Part shown: positions 1 through 12,107 of the stretch, piece after piece
Layout: each line of letters begins with the position of its first letter
How positions within the stretch are numbered: the stretch's first letter is position 1
Assembly: GCF_004010195.1 (NCBI RefSeq)
Contig: NC_057718.1
Location: 41,944,444 to 42,008,443 of the forward strand
Origin: Chiloscyllium plagiosum
Lineage: Eukaryota
Direction: 5' to 3'
Length of the DNA stretch: 64,000 nucleotides
Translations under genes and position numbers: made by a program
The notes under the pieces: generated by a model
What the model was told of the DNA's origin: nothing
Databases searched by the model: none
Seen by the model: the letters and a program-made list of their open reading frames with translations, nothing else

Positions 1-2205
1 CCAAAGGAATCCACTGTTGCTCCTGAAAATTATAATCCTGGAAATACTACCAAGCAAATTTAATGAGAAATATTCCTTGTTGCTTGGTAGAAGTGATCTA
101 GCTGAAATCTGTGATTATTCAGAGCTCTAGCACAGCATCTACATTACTTGTGAAGATGATGAAGAGGAAATGACGTTGTGAGAAATAAACTTTTCAGATC
201 AGTTTGTATTATTTTAAAGCAATTTGTCATGTGTTTATTATGTAATGAAGTTTAATTTTAATCATCAATAATAGAGTGGATGAGAAACTTTGACTATGCC
301 AATTTCAGAGAATGCAAATGGAAAGGAATTGGAATTAGGAGAGGGGTTTTACATAATATGACTAATGATTAATGAAATTAGGTAAAAAGAAGAGAAAAGA
401 AGAGAAAAGAAACATTTCATTTTTGAGGAGGAAGAAAATTGACGGATAGGATCAATTGTTATGAATTGCCTTTGATAGTCATCATGTTATGAAGATACAT
501 TATGCAAAAGTATAAATTACACCAGGATAAAAAACATTGTCTCTGCTGAACACAATAATGTTGGTCACCTATTCCCAAACCATGCTTCTGATCCCGAATG
601 GACAATAAATACACTCTTACATTTTGATCAGTTCTGCCCTTGAATGTTCTGGCCAGTAACGTTTTATCAAAAACAGTGGAGACCTATCCAGGAATGTTTG
701 CATCCACCTGTGTTGTGTGTCTGTGCTGAAAACACACCCCTCTTTTAGCAATTGGTGTGTCACATAAGTAGTTTAAATGTCTTGCAACCCTTTGAAAGCT
801 ACAAAGAGAAGGCAAGTATGTAAGGCAAGTGCATGAGGATGGCAGGTGAGGGGTGTCGGGTGCAGATAGGTGAAGGATGAGTTGCCAGGTGTGAGGGGGG
901 AAGGAGGAAAATAGATGACGGCTTGGAGGAGGGAGGCTTAGGAGGTGGGTGGCAGCTCTGTGATGGTGTTAGGATGATACCTGGATAAAGGGGAGAATGC
1001 CAGGATGGTGAAGGGTTAGGGTGCAGAAGTGAGAGGGTAGACTGTCCGGTAAGTGGATGAGTGCTTAGAATAGAACATTGAGTCAGGTCAGCTTGGGTTG
1101 GGGCTGAGATGCCATGTCCAGAAAGCCAAGGTAGAGCAGGGATATGGGTGCAATGTGTGGGTCAAGAGTATTATGGCCCATAGGGTGCATGCGTAGAATT
1201 AACTGGATCGCTGGTTGTCAGTGTTGTGAGGTTCATTTTTCTGAGGATCAGAATCTTGTTTTTGGAGTGGACTAAAATAGCATTTCCAAGAAATATGTGA
1301 CTTGAGCTAAATGACTAGATCAGCTACCCAGTGAGATTACTGTTGAAATGTTTACTTTATGACTTACAGAAAGACAGGTCAAAGGCCAGAAGCAGGTTTA
1401 GTTCAGAAGAAAAGAATCATACCTGCAGAAGAGCAATTTAGTTTTTGCAGCCTTCCATACATCATAGCTTACATTGTTTAACATTGTTTTAACTGATCAA
1501 AGGGGTAGGACTGCAAAAAAAACCTGAGCTCCACCTGAAGTTCAGTGAGAAGAGTCAGTGAATTAGCCAGTTTTTGTGTATGTTGGAGGAGGTGGGAAGA
1601 ATCACACTTTGAGAATGTACAGGGAATTGCCAAGAGGGAATACCTGAGATCTTGTCATTTGAATAAGAAATTAAAGAATGTTCCTCAGTGCCTCTAATAG
1701 GACAAGAGAGTGGAAGAGGCAAAAGGCTGAAGGGGACAGACCAATGGCAGATCTCCATGTATGTTGTATTTTAGTATTTCATTTTTGCTCCAACTGCCTC
1801 CCCTTACCCTCCCCTGTCCCAGCAACACAAAAACCCAAAAAGCAGCTAAGGTTGTGAGCTGAACAGCCTGGAAGACAGAAACAGCACCCTTCACTGCATG
1901 GTGATTTCACTGGTGTTTGACTGTGCCACGCATTGGATTATTCTAAGTTAGGCTGTGAACAATTGAAATACCAGAATGGAGAAAGGAAAATATTTTCATT
2001 TAGCTCAGCCAAAATGCATTGGGCCAAAAGCATTTGCAATGACCGTGGGGTAAAAAGACTCAAATCTCTTCTATTATTAGATGATGGACCTAGTGTTCAC
2101 AAAAAATATCAACAGCATTAATTCATGAATGAGCAAAGTGAAAAAAGATACACGTTAGAACTGTATGGCATGTCAGAGCAGAACCAGCTGATTTAGGTGG
2201 GACAT

Positions 2206-2820
2206 TTTCATCATCATTAGTCTGTCCCATCATCATTAATACAGTGCATCTTGAGCTCTTCACCTTTATTCCCTGGGTTTTTTAGATCTCATACTGCATC
2301 CCCAAGGGTTTGTCTGTTGTCAGACGAGACTGTATATATTGTATACAGTTCACATCTGAGTCTTGTCAGTAATCAGTCAAATACCTTATTTATGTTATTG
2401 AACAACATCAGACCTCAGAAACATCAAAATCATATCACACTCAAACTGTGCACAATAGTAATGAACCTCCAGCTCTAATGTTTTTAACATTTGGACAGAT
2501 GTGAAACACTTGTCATGATGTATTTGTATTGATGTCACTGTAACTTATGTATCCATTCCAAGAAAATTGGTTGCTAGAGAGTGAACACAGCCTTTATTCT
2601 TGCTGAATTTATAATACTAGGTCAACAAACCTTTGGCAGAATTGAAAATTGACCAACATCTACGACCAACATCTTTTTCAGAGATCTGAATGATTAGTGT
2701 CATTGATCAGAGCTTTCATCATCATTAGTCTGTCCCATCATCATTAATACAGTGAAGCATCTTGAGCTCTTCGCCTTTATTCCCTGGGTTTTTTAGATCT
2801 CATACTGCATCCCCAAGGGT
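2206..2820 (+). repeat. Dispersed direct repeat of ~104 bp (2206-2309 and 2714-2820) flanking a ~404-bp unique spacer
   Basis: Both copies read TTTCATCATCATTAGTCTGTCCC...GCATCCCCAAGGGT; they differ by a 3-nt indel and one substitution. Confidence 0.95.
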
Positions 2821-3750
2821 ATGAGTATTGCTGAAGATTATCATCTTACCTAGCTGGCCTGCCCAAGCTCCTTCAACCCAACACTTCAGTAAACACAGGG
2901 GACATAATAAACAAAACTTCCAGAGTTTTGGAATGTTGTTACCCATTTAATATCTTGTGTGGAATTTTCAAAGGCAAAGGTAGTGAGGTTTTTTGTCGTG
3001 TCATTAATGTCTATTTTTTGTGGATATTGGATCGCTAACGTTTCATGTTAGATAATAATCATAAACAATGCTTTTTAAAATAAAACCATGAAAATGTTAT
3101 ATTTTAAAATCAACACAAAAGTAAATTAGGGGAGTGGTGGTGAAGCAGAAAACACAACTTCAGTACAAACTCATTAAATTTCAACATGGTTGACAAATTC
3201 TATACTGTCCAGTGGAACAACAGTACACCTTTAAAGTAATCCTATGTATGTGGAAAATGGTAGTTATTATTTTCAGAACAATTTTAAAAGCAATCGGCCC
3301 TTTAAATAATACCTATTACAACTTTACAAGCTAGTTTGCAAATAAATTCCTGGGAACTGCTGTCACATTGTTTCTTGAAGTGACTGCTGTGGATATTATA
3401 TCCTATGTAGCTTCCAGTCTTCTAAGTTTTATTGTCAATTCTCAGTAATCTCTATTTTTTAAGTGGTAGCAGCAGATGAAATCGGTGAAGCGATGGCATC
3501 AACATGTTATTGATCACATCATTGCACACTCCTCAAATTACAAACCTCCTGTCATACAAGATGTCTATACCCCTTTAGCAGGATCATTTAACTGGAAAAT
3601 GATTGCAGACAAAGATCATTACAACTCATCTTTTAACAAGATGCTGTTGTTTTGCTTGCTGTTTATGATTGGCTAATTTGAAGCCCAGGTATGCAGCAAA
3701 CTCTTTCATTGTCGTATGATTTGAATACTGAATTGATGCAATGTGATGAC

Positions 3751-3816
3751 AAAATGTTCACTGGAAAACTTTTAGTGTTCACTTATCAGTGATCAGGATA
3801 CTTCAGTGATCATTTT
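3751..3816. repeat. Imperfect inverted repeat / hairpin of ~66 nt
   Basis: AAAATGTTCACTG pairs with CAGTGATCATTTT; inner TGTTCACT pairs with AGTGATCA around a TATC loop. Confidence 0.6.
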
Positions 3817-3924
3817 TAGTCAAGATTTAATTGATAATTTAATGCGAAAGGAGGTATGTACATGTGTTCTACTTTCATCCAGTAGACAGTGATGAGGTAA
3901 TGGCAGTGTAACCCAAAATTACTG

Positions 3925-4295
3925 ATTACCTTATCTCAGTCCTAAATGGCTCACTCCTTGTGCTGGAATTGACCTCTAATTCTAGTTTCCCCAGTGAGGA
4001 AAAATGCCCTCTCATCCTATCGAGCTCCTTTAGAATTTTTCATGTTCCATTTCGAGCATCTCTCATTCTTCTGATGTCTAGGGAGCATAGGTCTAGTCTA
4101 TTTAATATCTCCTTATAGAACAATCCTCTCATCCCAGAATCAGTTTGGTGAACCATTGCAACGCTCCCCTTGAGGCAAATATATCCTTACATTGTTAAGG
4201 AGAACAAAACTGTACACAACATCCTGGTGTGGTCCCACCAAAACACTACATAATTGAAGTGAGGCCTCTTATGCATCAATTCTTTTGAAATAATA
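3925..4295 (-). mobile_element. Degraded CR1-type LINE fragment (C-terminal part of ORF2)
   Basis: The minus strand resembles the CR1 'LVRPHLEYCVQFWSP...QRRFTRLIPGMRGLSYKE' region seen in the better-preserved copy at 55.6-56.6 kb. Confidence 0.75.
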
Positions 4296-4296
4296 G

Positions 4297-4298
<2 letters not shown>

Positions 4299-4335
<37 letters not shown>

Positions 4336-4338
4336 TAT
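4299..4338. repeat. (TA)n microsatellite
   Basis: Visible TATATA run. Confidence 0.95.
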
Positions 4339-4659
4339 CTTTAAATTGTTCATTGTATTTGTTCTGTCATTGCTGTATAAAGATAGTCCCTGTAAAAATA
4401 AATATTACTTAGTCCATTTATAAAATATTCTGTTTACCTATTAACCTGTTCCCCAGTTTAGATTGCTGAGAGATAGTCATATCATCAGCATTTTAGTGGT
4501 GAAAGATAATGCATCTGGTAAAATCCAAATTGATTGATTGAGGGCTTGGTAATGGACAGAAAACAGGGATTCAGAATACGTGTGCATTTGGATTGGTAGA
4601 CTTTTACTAATAAAGTATCACAAGCATTGATGCTTGAGCCTCAGCCATCTGTTTTCCAG

Positions 4660-4870
4660 ATAACTTCCCATTTCCCACATTATATTTTGTTTGCCAGATT
4701 CTTATCTGCAACCTTATGCAATCTCTTGCATCCTCCATACAGTTTACTGCCCCATATAGCTTTATATCATTAGCAAACCTGGATGAATTACATTTGGGTC
4801 TTCTTGTGTACGTCATTATCATGAGCTGTAGATGGTTGAGCTCAAGCATTAATGATTGTAGCACCTCATT
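4660..4870 (-). mobile_element. Degraded CR1 RT fragment
   Basis: ORF 4607-5062 contains 'SRFANDIKLYGAVNCMED...IWQTKYNVG', a decayed FADDTKLGG...WQM.FNV RT segment. Confidence 0.7.
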
Positions 4871-6289
4871 GGTAGCAGCATGATGGCTACCTCTTGACAA
4901 TCTCAAACTGGCAGTAATGTTAATTGCTTTGAGGCAAGATGCCCAGGATCTCTGTCGTCCCAGCAGTACCAGCTGTGATGGGTGGCCACTGCTGGTGCAC
5001 AGGGCAATCCCAAGGAAGAGAAGCCCAGACATAAGGTGAGCATGGGCTATCATTGTGGCCATCTTGGCAGGCCCTGGTGAATGAGATGGAATGGGAGAGC
5101 AGGGAGCTGCATTTTTGAAATGAGAGGGCTAGGTAAAGGAAAAAGGATGATCTTAGTGAGGAGCTGTTTCAAACGGGCGCAAAGGATTTGTAAATGAGGA
5201 TGCCCTCTTGTCCAACAGCAGCCTGTCTAGCTAAAGATGACAAACTTCACACATGGCATGTAGCTCCTCCTGTTGCTGGTAAATTTGGGATAGGAGTGGG
5301 ATGATGCCCTCATGTGGTCATCAACAAGCTATTGAAGGTCACTCTGTATCCATGGGCGGGTGGGCTGTCCATTGCCTCCACTGTATGCCCCCCCTCTTGT
5401 AAAATGTGAGAGAGATTGGTGGCATGGAGGTGGAAAGCAGGCCCCAAGTTTGATTTTACAAGCCTTCCACATTTATTGTCCACCAGCAGGGTGTGTAACA
5501 TCCAGCCTCAATTTTACCCTAAGCCCCTGAGCCCTAATTGGATGTATGAACCTCTTGTACACTCCATACAGTTTACAGTCCCATCAAGCTTTATGCTGTG
5601 CTGTAACTAATAGGATGCAACAATGAACAATGCTTGAGCCTTTGCTTTTTATAATCCATCAGTATTGCATCTATTGGTCCTCACTTAACAATCCTGCTAG
5701 TTACAACCTCCAATACTCTAATAAACAAAACCAACAACTGCATAAACTGGAAATCTGAAACAGACCTCTCTCTCTCTCTATCCAGACAGCTATTTATTTT
5801 ATATCTGAAGTCATTTTTGACAATTTCAGACCTCTTTTAAAAAGAAAATTTGGAATTACAATTTTAAATGTTCACAGCATTTCAAGGTTCTGACCTGTGT
5901 CCATGACATGTCTTTCATGTGACATAAGAAATGAGATTCATTTTGATGTCTTGACTAAAGAATGAAAAAGAATTCAATACATGAAACAACAAAATGCACT
6001 CATTCACACACACATTCATTCTCTTAGGTTCAGTCAATGTCATCTTTTTTTAGTTCTAACTGTATCTCTCTATGTTCTGGACAGGGTGTTGACAATCACA
6101 TTTGATTTCCCAGGAATGTGGGTGATTTTGAGGTGGTATGGTTGAATGAATAAACTCTAATGGTATAATCTTGCATCCTAGGTCTTAAGTCTTTCCAGTA
6201 AAGTTAACTGCTTACTGTCAGTATAGACTGTGGTCTCTCTGTATTCTCTGACATTCAAAAGCAAACTGCTTCAGCCATTCAAATCTGTT

Positions 6290-6960
6290 TACACCTGATC
6301 AAGCTGCTTCCTGGGTTATGGAATCTTTGAGGATACATATTCAGTGTTAAATGGTATGCATTTAAAATAGCTTTTTTTTAACTGCTTCATAACCAGAGGT
6401 GCTTGCCTCACGCAAGAGGGAATACTCTTTGGTCATTTCCCCAGAGGTTTACTCTGCAGTAATAAGCACCAATATTGGATTGTCACTTCAACCACTGTGC
6501 CATCTGCTCAAAAGAGGTAAAGGGAGCTTCTACCTTCACCTCCTCAAACTTTAAGAATTAAATGAGCAAACCAACTCGCTTCGGCCTTCAAGTCTAAACC
6601 AATAGCATTTTCATTGCACGCAGCAGAATTCTTGCTCCTCGGCTTGAGATTTAAGTTCAAATGCATTGTCATGCAGTTTTTCCTAAAACTCTTCCTTTGT
6701 TCATTGCTCTTTCCTCTCTTTCCTCTCTCTCTCTCTCTGTCTTTCTTGTTCTTTCTCCTTTTCTTTAAATTCTAATTTCTTCTGCTCCAATTTTAACCTC
6801 TCTGTTGCTACTCCATCTATTTCATCACCTTCAATTTCCACCTGTAAACTGTTGGCTACCCCTTTTAAAATGCTAGGTCTATTGGCATTTGGGCAAATTC
6901 CAATCCTAAGTCTTTCAATGCTTTGAGGAACAGAATATTTAAACATTAATGTCTATGATC
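6290..6960 (-). mobile_element. Gypsy-type LTR retrotransposon gag relic
   Basis: Charged coiled-coil 'ERLKLEQKKLEFKEKEKEQER' is followed on the minus strand by decayed 'KFEEVKVEAPFTSFEQMA...WCLLLQSK...YEAVKK-AILNAY', typical of vertebrate Gypsy gag. Confidence 0.7.
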
Positions 6961-8918
6961 CTTCCAGGAATTCCCTGGCATTGAGTGTGGACATATCTAT
7001 ATGCTAGCAATGCAAATTCAAAAACAGCTTTTGCAGCTTTTTTCTTTAAAATTGGTTACAAAGCAGAAGGCAGCCAGCCAGCCCAACAGCTTTGGCAGTG
7101 TTATCTGCTGACAATTAAAAGGAGACCGTTTGGAGGCTGTTCCTTGTTCCCATCCCTTTTTCCTAAGACACTACCCTCCTTAATGCTTCCCCCAGGTTCT
7201 AACATGGCTCTCATCCACGTCATGTTAGAATCTCACAGCAGTGACGATCAGAATCCCCTGATTTAGCTCAACTCTGGTATTCATCTTCACTTCTTTGTGA
7301 GAACTAGCAGTGACCATGATTGTCTCCTGGTGCTATTGGGATTGCAGAGCTGCTGACCAATCTGATTGGCTAGCAGCGCTCTAGGGCATGACGTTCTGTG
7401 CCTGAGTGGCGGATGTTCTATTCTTAACTAATTAAGGATGCCCCTTGTTTAATATCACTGTGGGCCAGCTAGCCTTCGCACTGGCATGGTGCCAACCAAC
7501 TGTAAGGTCAGGGCAGGCTGGTAAACTATCCCCTCATAAAATTCACCTTATTATTTCAACAGAGTAGAGTGAGATATAGTCTGTGTCCTGCTTAAGATAT
7601 ATAGTATTGATACAGTGTTTAATTTCCCAACATTGACATCCCTTGCTTTGATAAATATGACAATTAACTAAGAAATATAAGTCAGAGAAAGACCAATCTA
7701 TCAGTTATGAACTGGACTACTCTCATATAGATGATTAGAGTCCCAATGCAGACAAGATGAAAAAGTAGTCAGGTGCCTGTCTACATCCCAATATTTTAAC
7801 ATTGATAACAGGATTCTGTCAGAATAATTGCTTATGAATTTCATAATGTAAGTTGAATAATATAAGATAATACAATAATAAAGTAATATATTGTCTTCAG
7901 AGAAATGTGAAATGTTTTGTAATGCAGTTTAAAGGAGTCAAATCAAGCCTTCTCTGGTCAGATCAATTATGTTTAGTCAGGTTTAGATTTGTAGTTATTG
8001 CTTATTTTAATGGAAACGTCACTTTTAAAGCAAAACTCTTTTGGTGCTGAGTGAACTTTTTAGCCCTTAAAGCCCACAGCTTGTATCATTTAATGTTTGG
8101 AAATGTCATTCAATTTTTATTGTTCTGCTGCTAAATTATAAAATTAAATCCAACTGTAGAGTACTCATTAAATCACAATATTATTTCAGTGCCACTAACT
8201 AGAGTAATCTTAGCCTTTGCTTCCATTTTGTTGTAACTATGATCAAAGTGTTAACAGTGACATGACAGCAGACTGTACATCATATTAACATTGCAATCTG
8301 AAAAAGGCTAATTAACACAATGCAAAAATATTCACTCACAGTGATCAAAGATCATTTGACATTTTCTGTTCCATTGAATATCTTTGTCAGATTTCATGTG
8401 AAAGTAAAATTGGTTTCATATATATTCCAAATTTGGAATATCACCACGTACAATTACACAGGTCTAAAGATCAGCCAAAGAAAATCAAATCAGAAGTTTC
8501 TATAAAATAAAATTATGTCTCTCAAAGCAGATATAGATATTTGTTTCAAAATGTTGGTGTGCAACTCCTACATAGAAAGGTTTATATGATTATTTAATAT
8601 AAAGACTTGAATTTTCAGTAGTTTAATTTATTATAAAATATTTTGATGTTTCATAGTAATATATTTTTATTTATTGACTCTTAAAATAAAATATCTTAGA
8701 TATAATTGTTACTATAAATAAATGACACCAAGTGTTACCTGAAAAATATTTTTCCTAAACTTCATTCTGGAAAAAATTTTAAGTCAATTGTATTCCTTGT
8801 TAAAATCAATGAGATTTTTTTTGAGAGTGAAAATGCTTGGGCACAAGTTTACCGCCCATGTGATTCTGGGAGGTTAATGCAGTTATAGTTATTTCACAGT
8901 CCATTAAGGAGCTTACTG

Positions 8919-8932
8919 TGACCCCTTGACCT
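8919..8932 (-). promoter_or_regulatory. Consensus DR2 nuclear-receptor element (AGGTCA-AG-GGGTCA) in a unique island
   Basis: The plus strand reads TGACCC-CT-TGACCT; two ACAATGG Sox-type motifs follow within ~70 bp. Confidence 0.35.
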
Positions 8933-11607
8933 CTGAGGCAACAACACTGAATCCATTATCATCACAATGGAATTGGTTTGGGTTCAGGTGACATGACAAT
9001 GGCTCAGGAAATCCCAAGTTAGCAGTTAGAAAATGATGCAGTTTCTGCTTGGTCTCAGCTATTAATACGAACCATAATTTGTAACATTAACATTGATAAA
9101 GGTACAGAAAAGGACACTGGGAGCCTTGTATGTTCATATAAAATTGAAATGTGTGAAATGGGCAGAAAGTGCTGAGGTGGTTAAAGTCTTTCATTAGGTT
9201 GTAGATGGTTAAATGCTCTATTGTCAAAAAGCACATTGCTCAGTATAATATGTGACACATGGCACTGTCAGCGAGGAAATTGGTCAGTAGCAAAGAGACA
9301 GAAAAAAGATAAGATGAATCAAGAGAATATGGATGTGCTTATGAGGAATGAGAAAAGGTGGAATAAAATAGGTGCAACTGAGACAAAAAATTCAAAGAGA
9401 ATAAAAGATCATGTATTTCTTTCAACATATTCAAGGGAAGCAGATTGTGGTACCATTATTTAACTAGGCAAGGAAACATTTAGAGACCTTTATTCTGTTT
9501 CTGAATGGACTGGGAAGCTTTAGTGCAACTTATGTATCAAAATATATTTTAAGTAAATTAAGCTCACAGTGAAATGAAACATTGATATGTATTCAATACA
9601 ATTACATGTATAGGGTAAAACAGCAAAACTGTCCACATCAAAAATGTGTGATTCATAACTTTTCAGCTGTTTTTCTCTCTCATCATCTGTCCTTATGTGA
9701 CAGTGTTCGACTTGTGAATGAGCATTGATGAGTGTGAATTGTTCTCGCATTTTTAAGATAGCAAGGATTCTGTAAATAAATTCACAGAAAATATTCCTAA
9801 TACTGTCACAATGCAGTTATATCTTTTTTTCTTGGACGCATTGAGTGATTTGTAATCAATAATTAAAATAAAATAAAAGCAATAGACCTTTAGAAACTGC
9901 AAAGAGCAAGCCTTAAATTCTGTTTTATATATAGTAGATAAATTGATAAAATCAAACTATCGTTAGAAATTTTGAGAAATACTAAGTATAAGGAATGCTT
10001 TTGATACCAACACTAATTTTAAACATTTAAACATATTTCAATTTAGCAGGAAAGATTGGAAATCCCAAAACAATTCATTTAGGAAAAATGGGGAAGCTTT
10101 ATAGATATCAGATAAGTTCCCACTCCCCCTCCCCATTTCCACAATGAAAAAAGAGAGAGATGTTTGGAAGACAGCATTGCTGTGGTGAAATTGATATTCC
10201 TCCTCGGCTGATTCCCAGGCAATATGTTACCTTTCTCGGGGATGATCAATGTGATTTATGTGATCTGTGAAGTACAGGAGGGAGTCCCACTTTAATCACA
10301 ATCGTCTCAGCAGATTGGCAAACGGCAGGCTAACAAGTCCTAGTCCTCTGCCTACTCGTCCCCTTGTGAAAAACAAAACACAAGTAGGTGTCTTAGGAAA
10401 ACTCTAAATCTGAGGTCAAGAGTGGCAGCAACAGAACTATTAGTTACCAGTTTTACATTTAGCCAGAAAACTTAAATAATAAAACATGCCTTGAAGTCAT
10501 ATTTTTTGATAATTACATAAAATGCCAGGTTGCCAGAATAAATTATTGCTACATTTTATTTTTTCATTACTTCTGTTTATTTTAAGAACTCATTCACTTT
10601 ATAAGATATTCTATATATAAAACTTATCTTATAAAAATCTTTTAAAAAGACATATTACATCATCATAAAAATCTAAGTATAATACATAGTTTTTTTTCTG
10701 TAATACCCCATAAGTAATTTTCATTATAATTTATTCAATGTAATTTAACAACAATGTGACATTATTTAAGAGCAAGCTTCAAGTATTGAAATCCTTTCTG
10801 AAATAACTACATTTTGTTAAATAAAATATTTCTATGTTTCACTTTTAACATCATTTATTATTGATATTCTACTGCAGGAGAAGCTTTCGATTTACAAACA
10901 GCACTGGATAAATATTTCAAATGCTACAGAACTTGTCTTTGAACCTTGTTCATAATCTTGCAACTCCTTAAGTAGTTTCAGCGAAAGCTATTTTTCTCAC
11001 TAATGACTTGCCCTTTTAAAATAGCTCCACTGCCCTAAGACCCATTTATCTAATTAACTTTCATCTTTCACAAAATCATTTTTTTTGCTGTCTTTGCTCT
11101 TTGATTTCACACAGTGATCTGGAGTTTTTGTGCTCCGCTGATAAGGTCTGAAAAGCAGAAGCTATGCAATACTCTGTTTACCGAATGACTATTTGTCCTT
11201 CAGATGCAGTTGATATTGACTGCTTGAGAATCTCTTTGTACTAGTCATTATTTTAAAATTGTTTCACAAACTGTATGGGAATTGAGAAGCAGACAGCTTT
11301 TCAATTTCTCTTGCATTTCCATTGATTATCAATAGACTCCTGTAGAATTAGTAATATGGCTCTATTCTTTTCTTCTATATCTATTTGACACACCAGTATT
11401 TTTAATTTAAATATTGCTGCAGGTTTTGTCTACTTGACATTAACATAACAAACGGGCCAATCAATTCTTCTATATTTTTCTCTGTGAATAACAACTTTGG
11501 GAGAGACCGTGAAATCTGTCTAACATGAAGCAAATCAAGTATTCACAGGTACAAATATGACAGCAGTTCTCAAGGACTCAAAAAAGCTTCTCACTATGAA
11601 TATCATC

Positions 11608-12107
11608 NNNNNNNNNNNNNNNNNNNNNNNNNNNNNNNNNNNNNNNNNNNNNNNNNNNNNNNNNNNNNNNNNNNNNNNNNNNNNNNNNNNNNNNNNNNNN
11701 NNNNNNNNNNNNNNNNNNNNNNNNNNNNNNNNNNNNNNNNNNNNNNNNNNNNNNNNNNNNNNNNNNNNNNNNNNNNNNNNNNNNNNNNNNNNNNNNNNNN
11801 NNNNNNNNNNNNNNNNNNNNNNNNNNNNNNNNNNNNNNNNNNNNNNNNNNNNNNNNNNNNNNNNNNNNNNNNNNNNNNNNNNNNNNNNNNNNNNNNNNNN
11901 NNNNNNNNNNNNNNNNNNNNNNNNNNNNNNNNNNNNNNNNNNNNNNNNNNNNNNNNNNNNNNNNNNNNNNNNNNNNNNNNNNNNNNNNNNNNNNNNNNNN
12001 NNNNNNNNNNNNNNNNNNNNNNNNNNNNNNNNNNNNNNNNNNNNNNNNNNNNNNNNNNNNNNNNNNNNNNNNNNNNNNNNNNNNNNNNNNNNNNNNNNNN
12101 NNNNNNN
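11608..12107. other. Assembly gap (500 N)
   Basis: N run. Confidence 1.

Noticed and set aside
1..190. Possible end of a coding sequence (PKESTVAPENY...*; EDDEEEMTL* followed by AATAAA)
   Set aside because: Short, interrupted by stops, with no recognisable homology.
615..705. Minus-strand ATG...GTAAGA exon-like unit (MQTFLDRSPLF...)
   Set aside because: No promoter or CpG support; it shows that such units arise by chance.
830..1200. G-rich purine-skewed tract as a G-quadruplex or promoter
   Set aside because: G-runs are irregular and CpG is low; probably decayed transposon interior.
3740..3930. C/D-box snoRNA (GTGATGA...CTGA)
   Set aside because: Box spacing is inconsistent and there is no terminal stem or recognisable guide.
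9520..9775. Minus-strand 76-aa ORF preceded by an acceptor-like TTTACAG
   Set aside because: No recognisable protein, and its phase does not match the candidate first exons.
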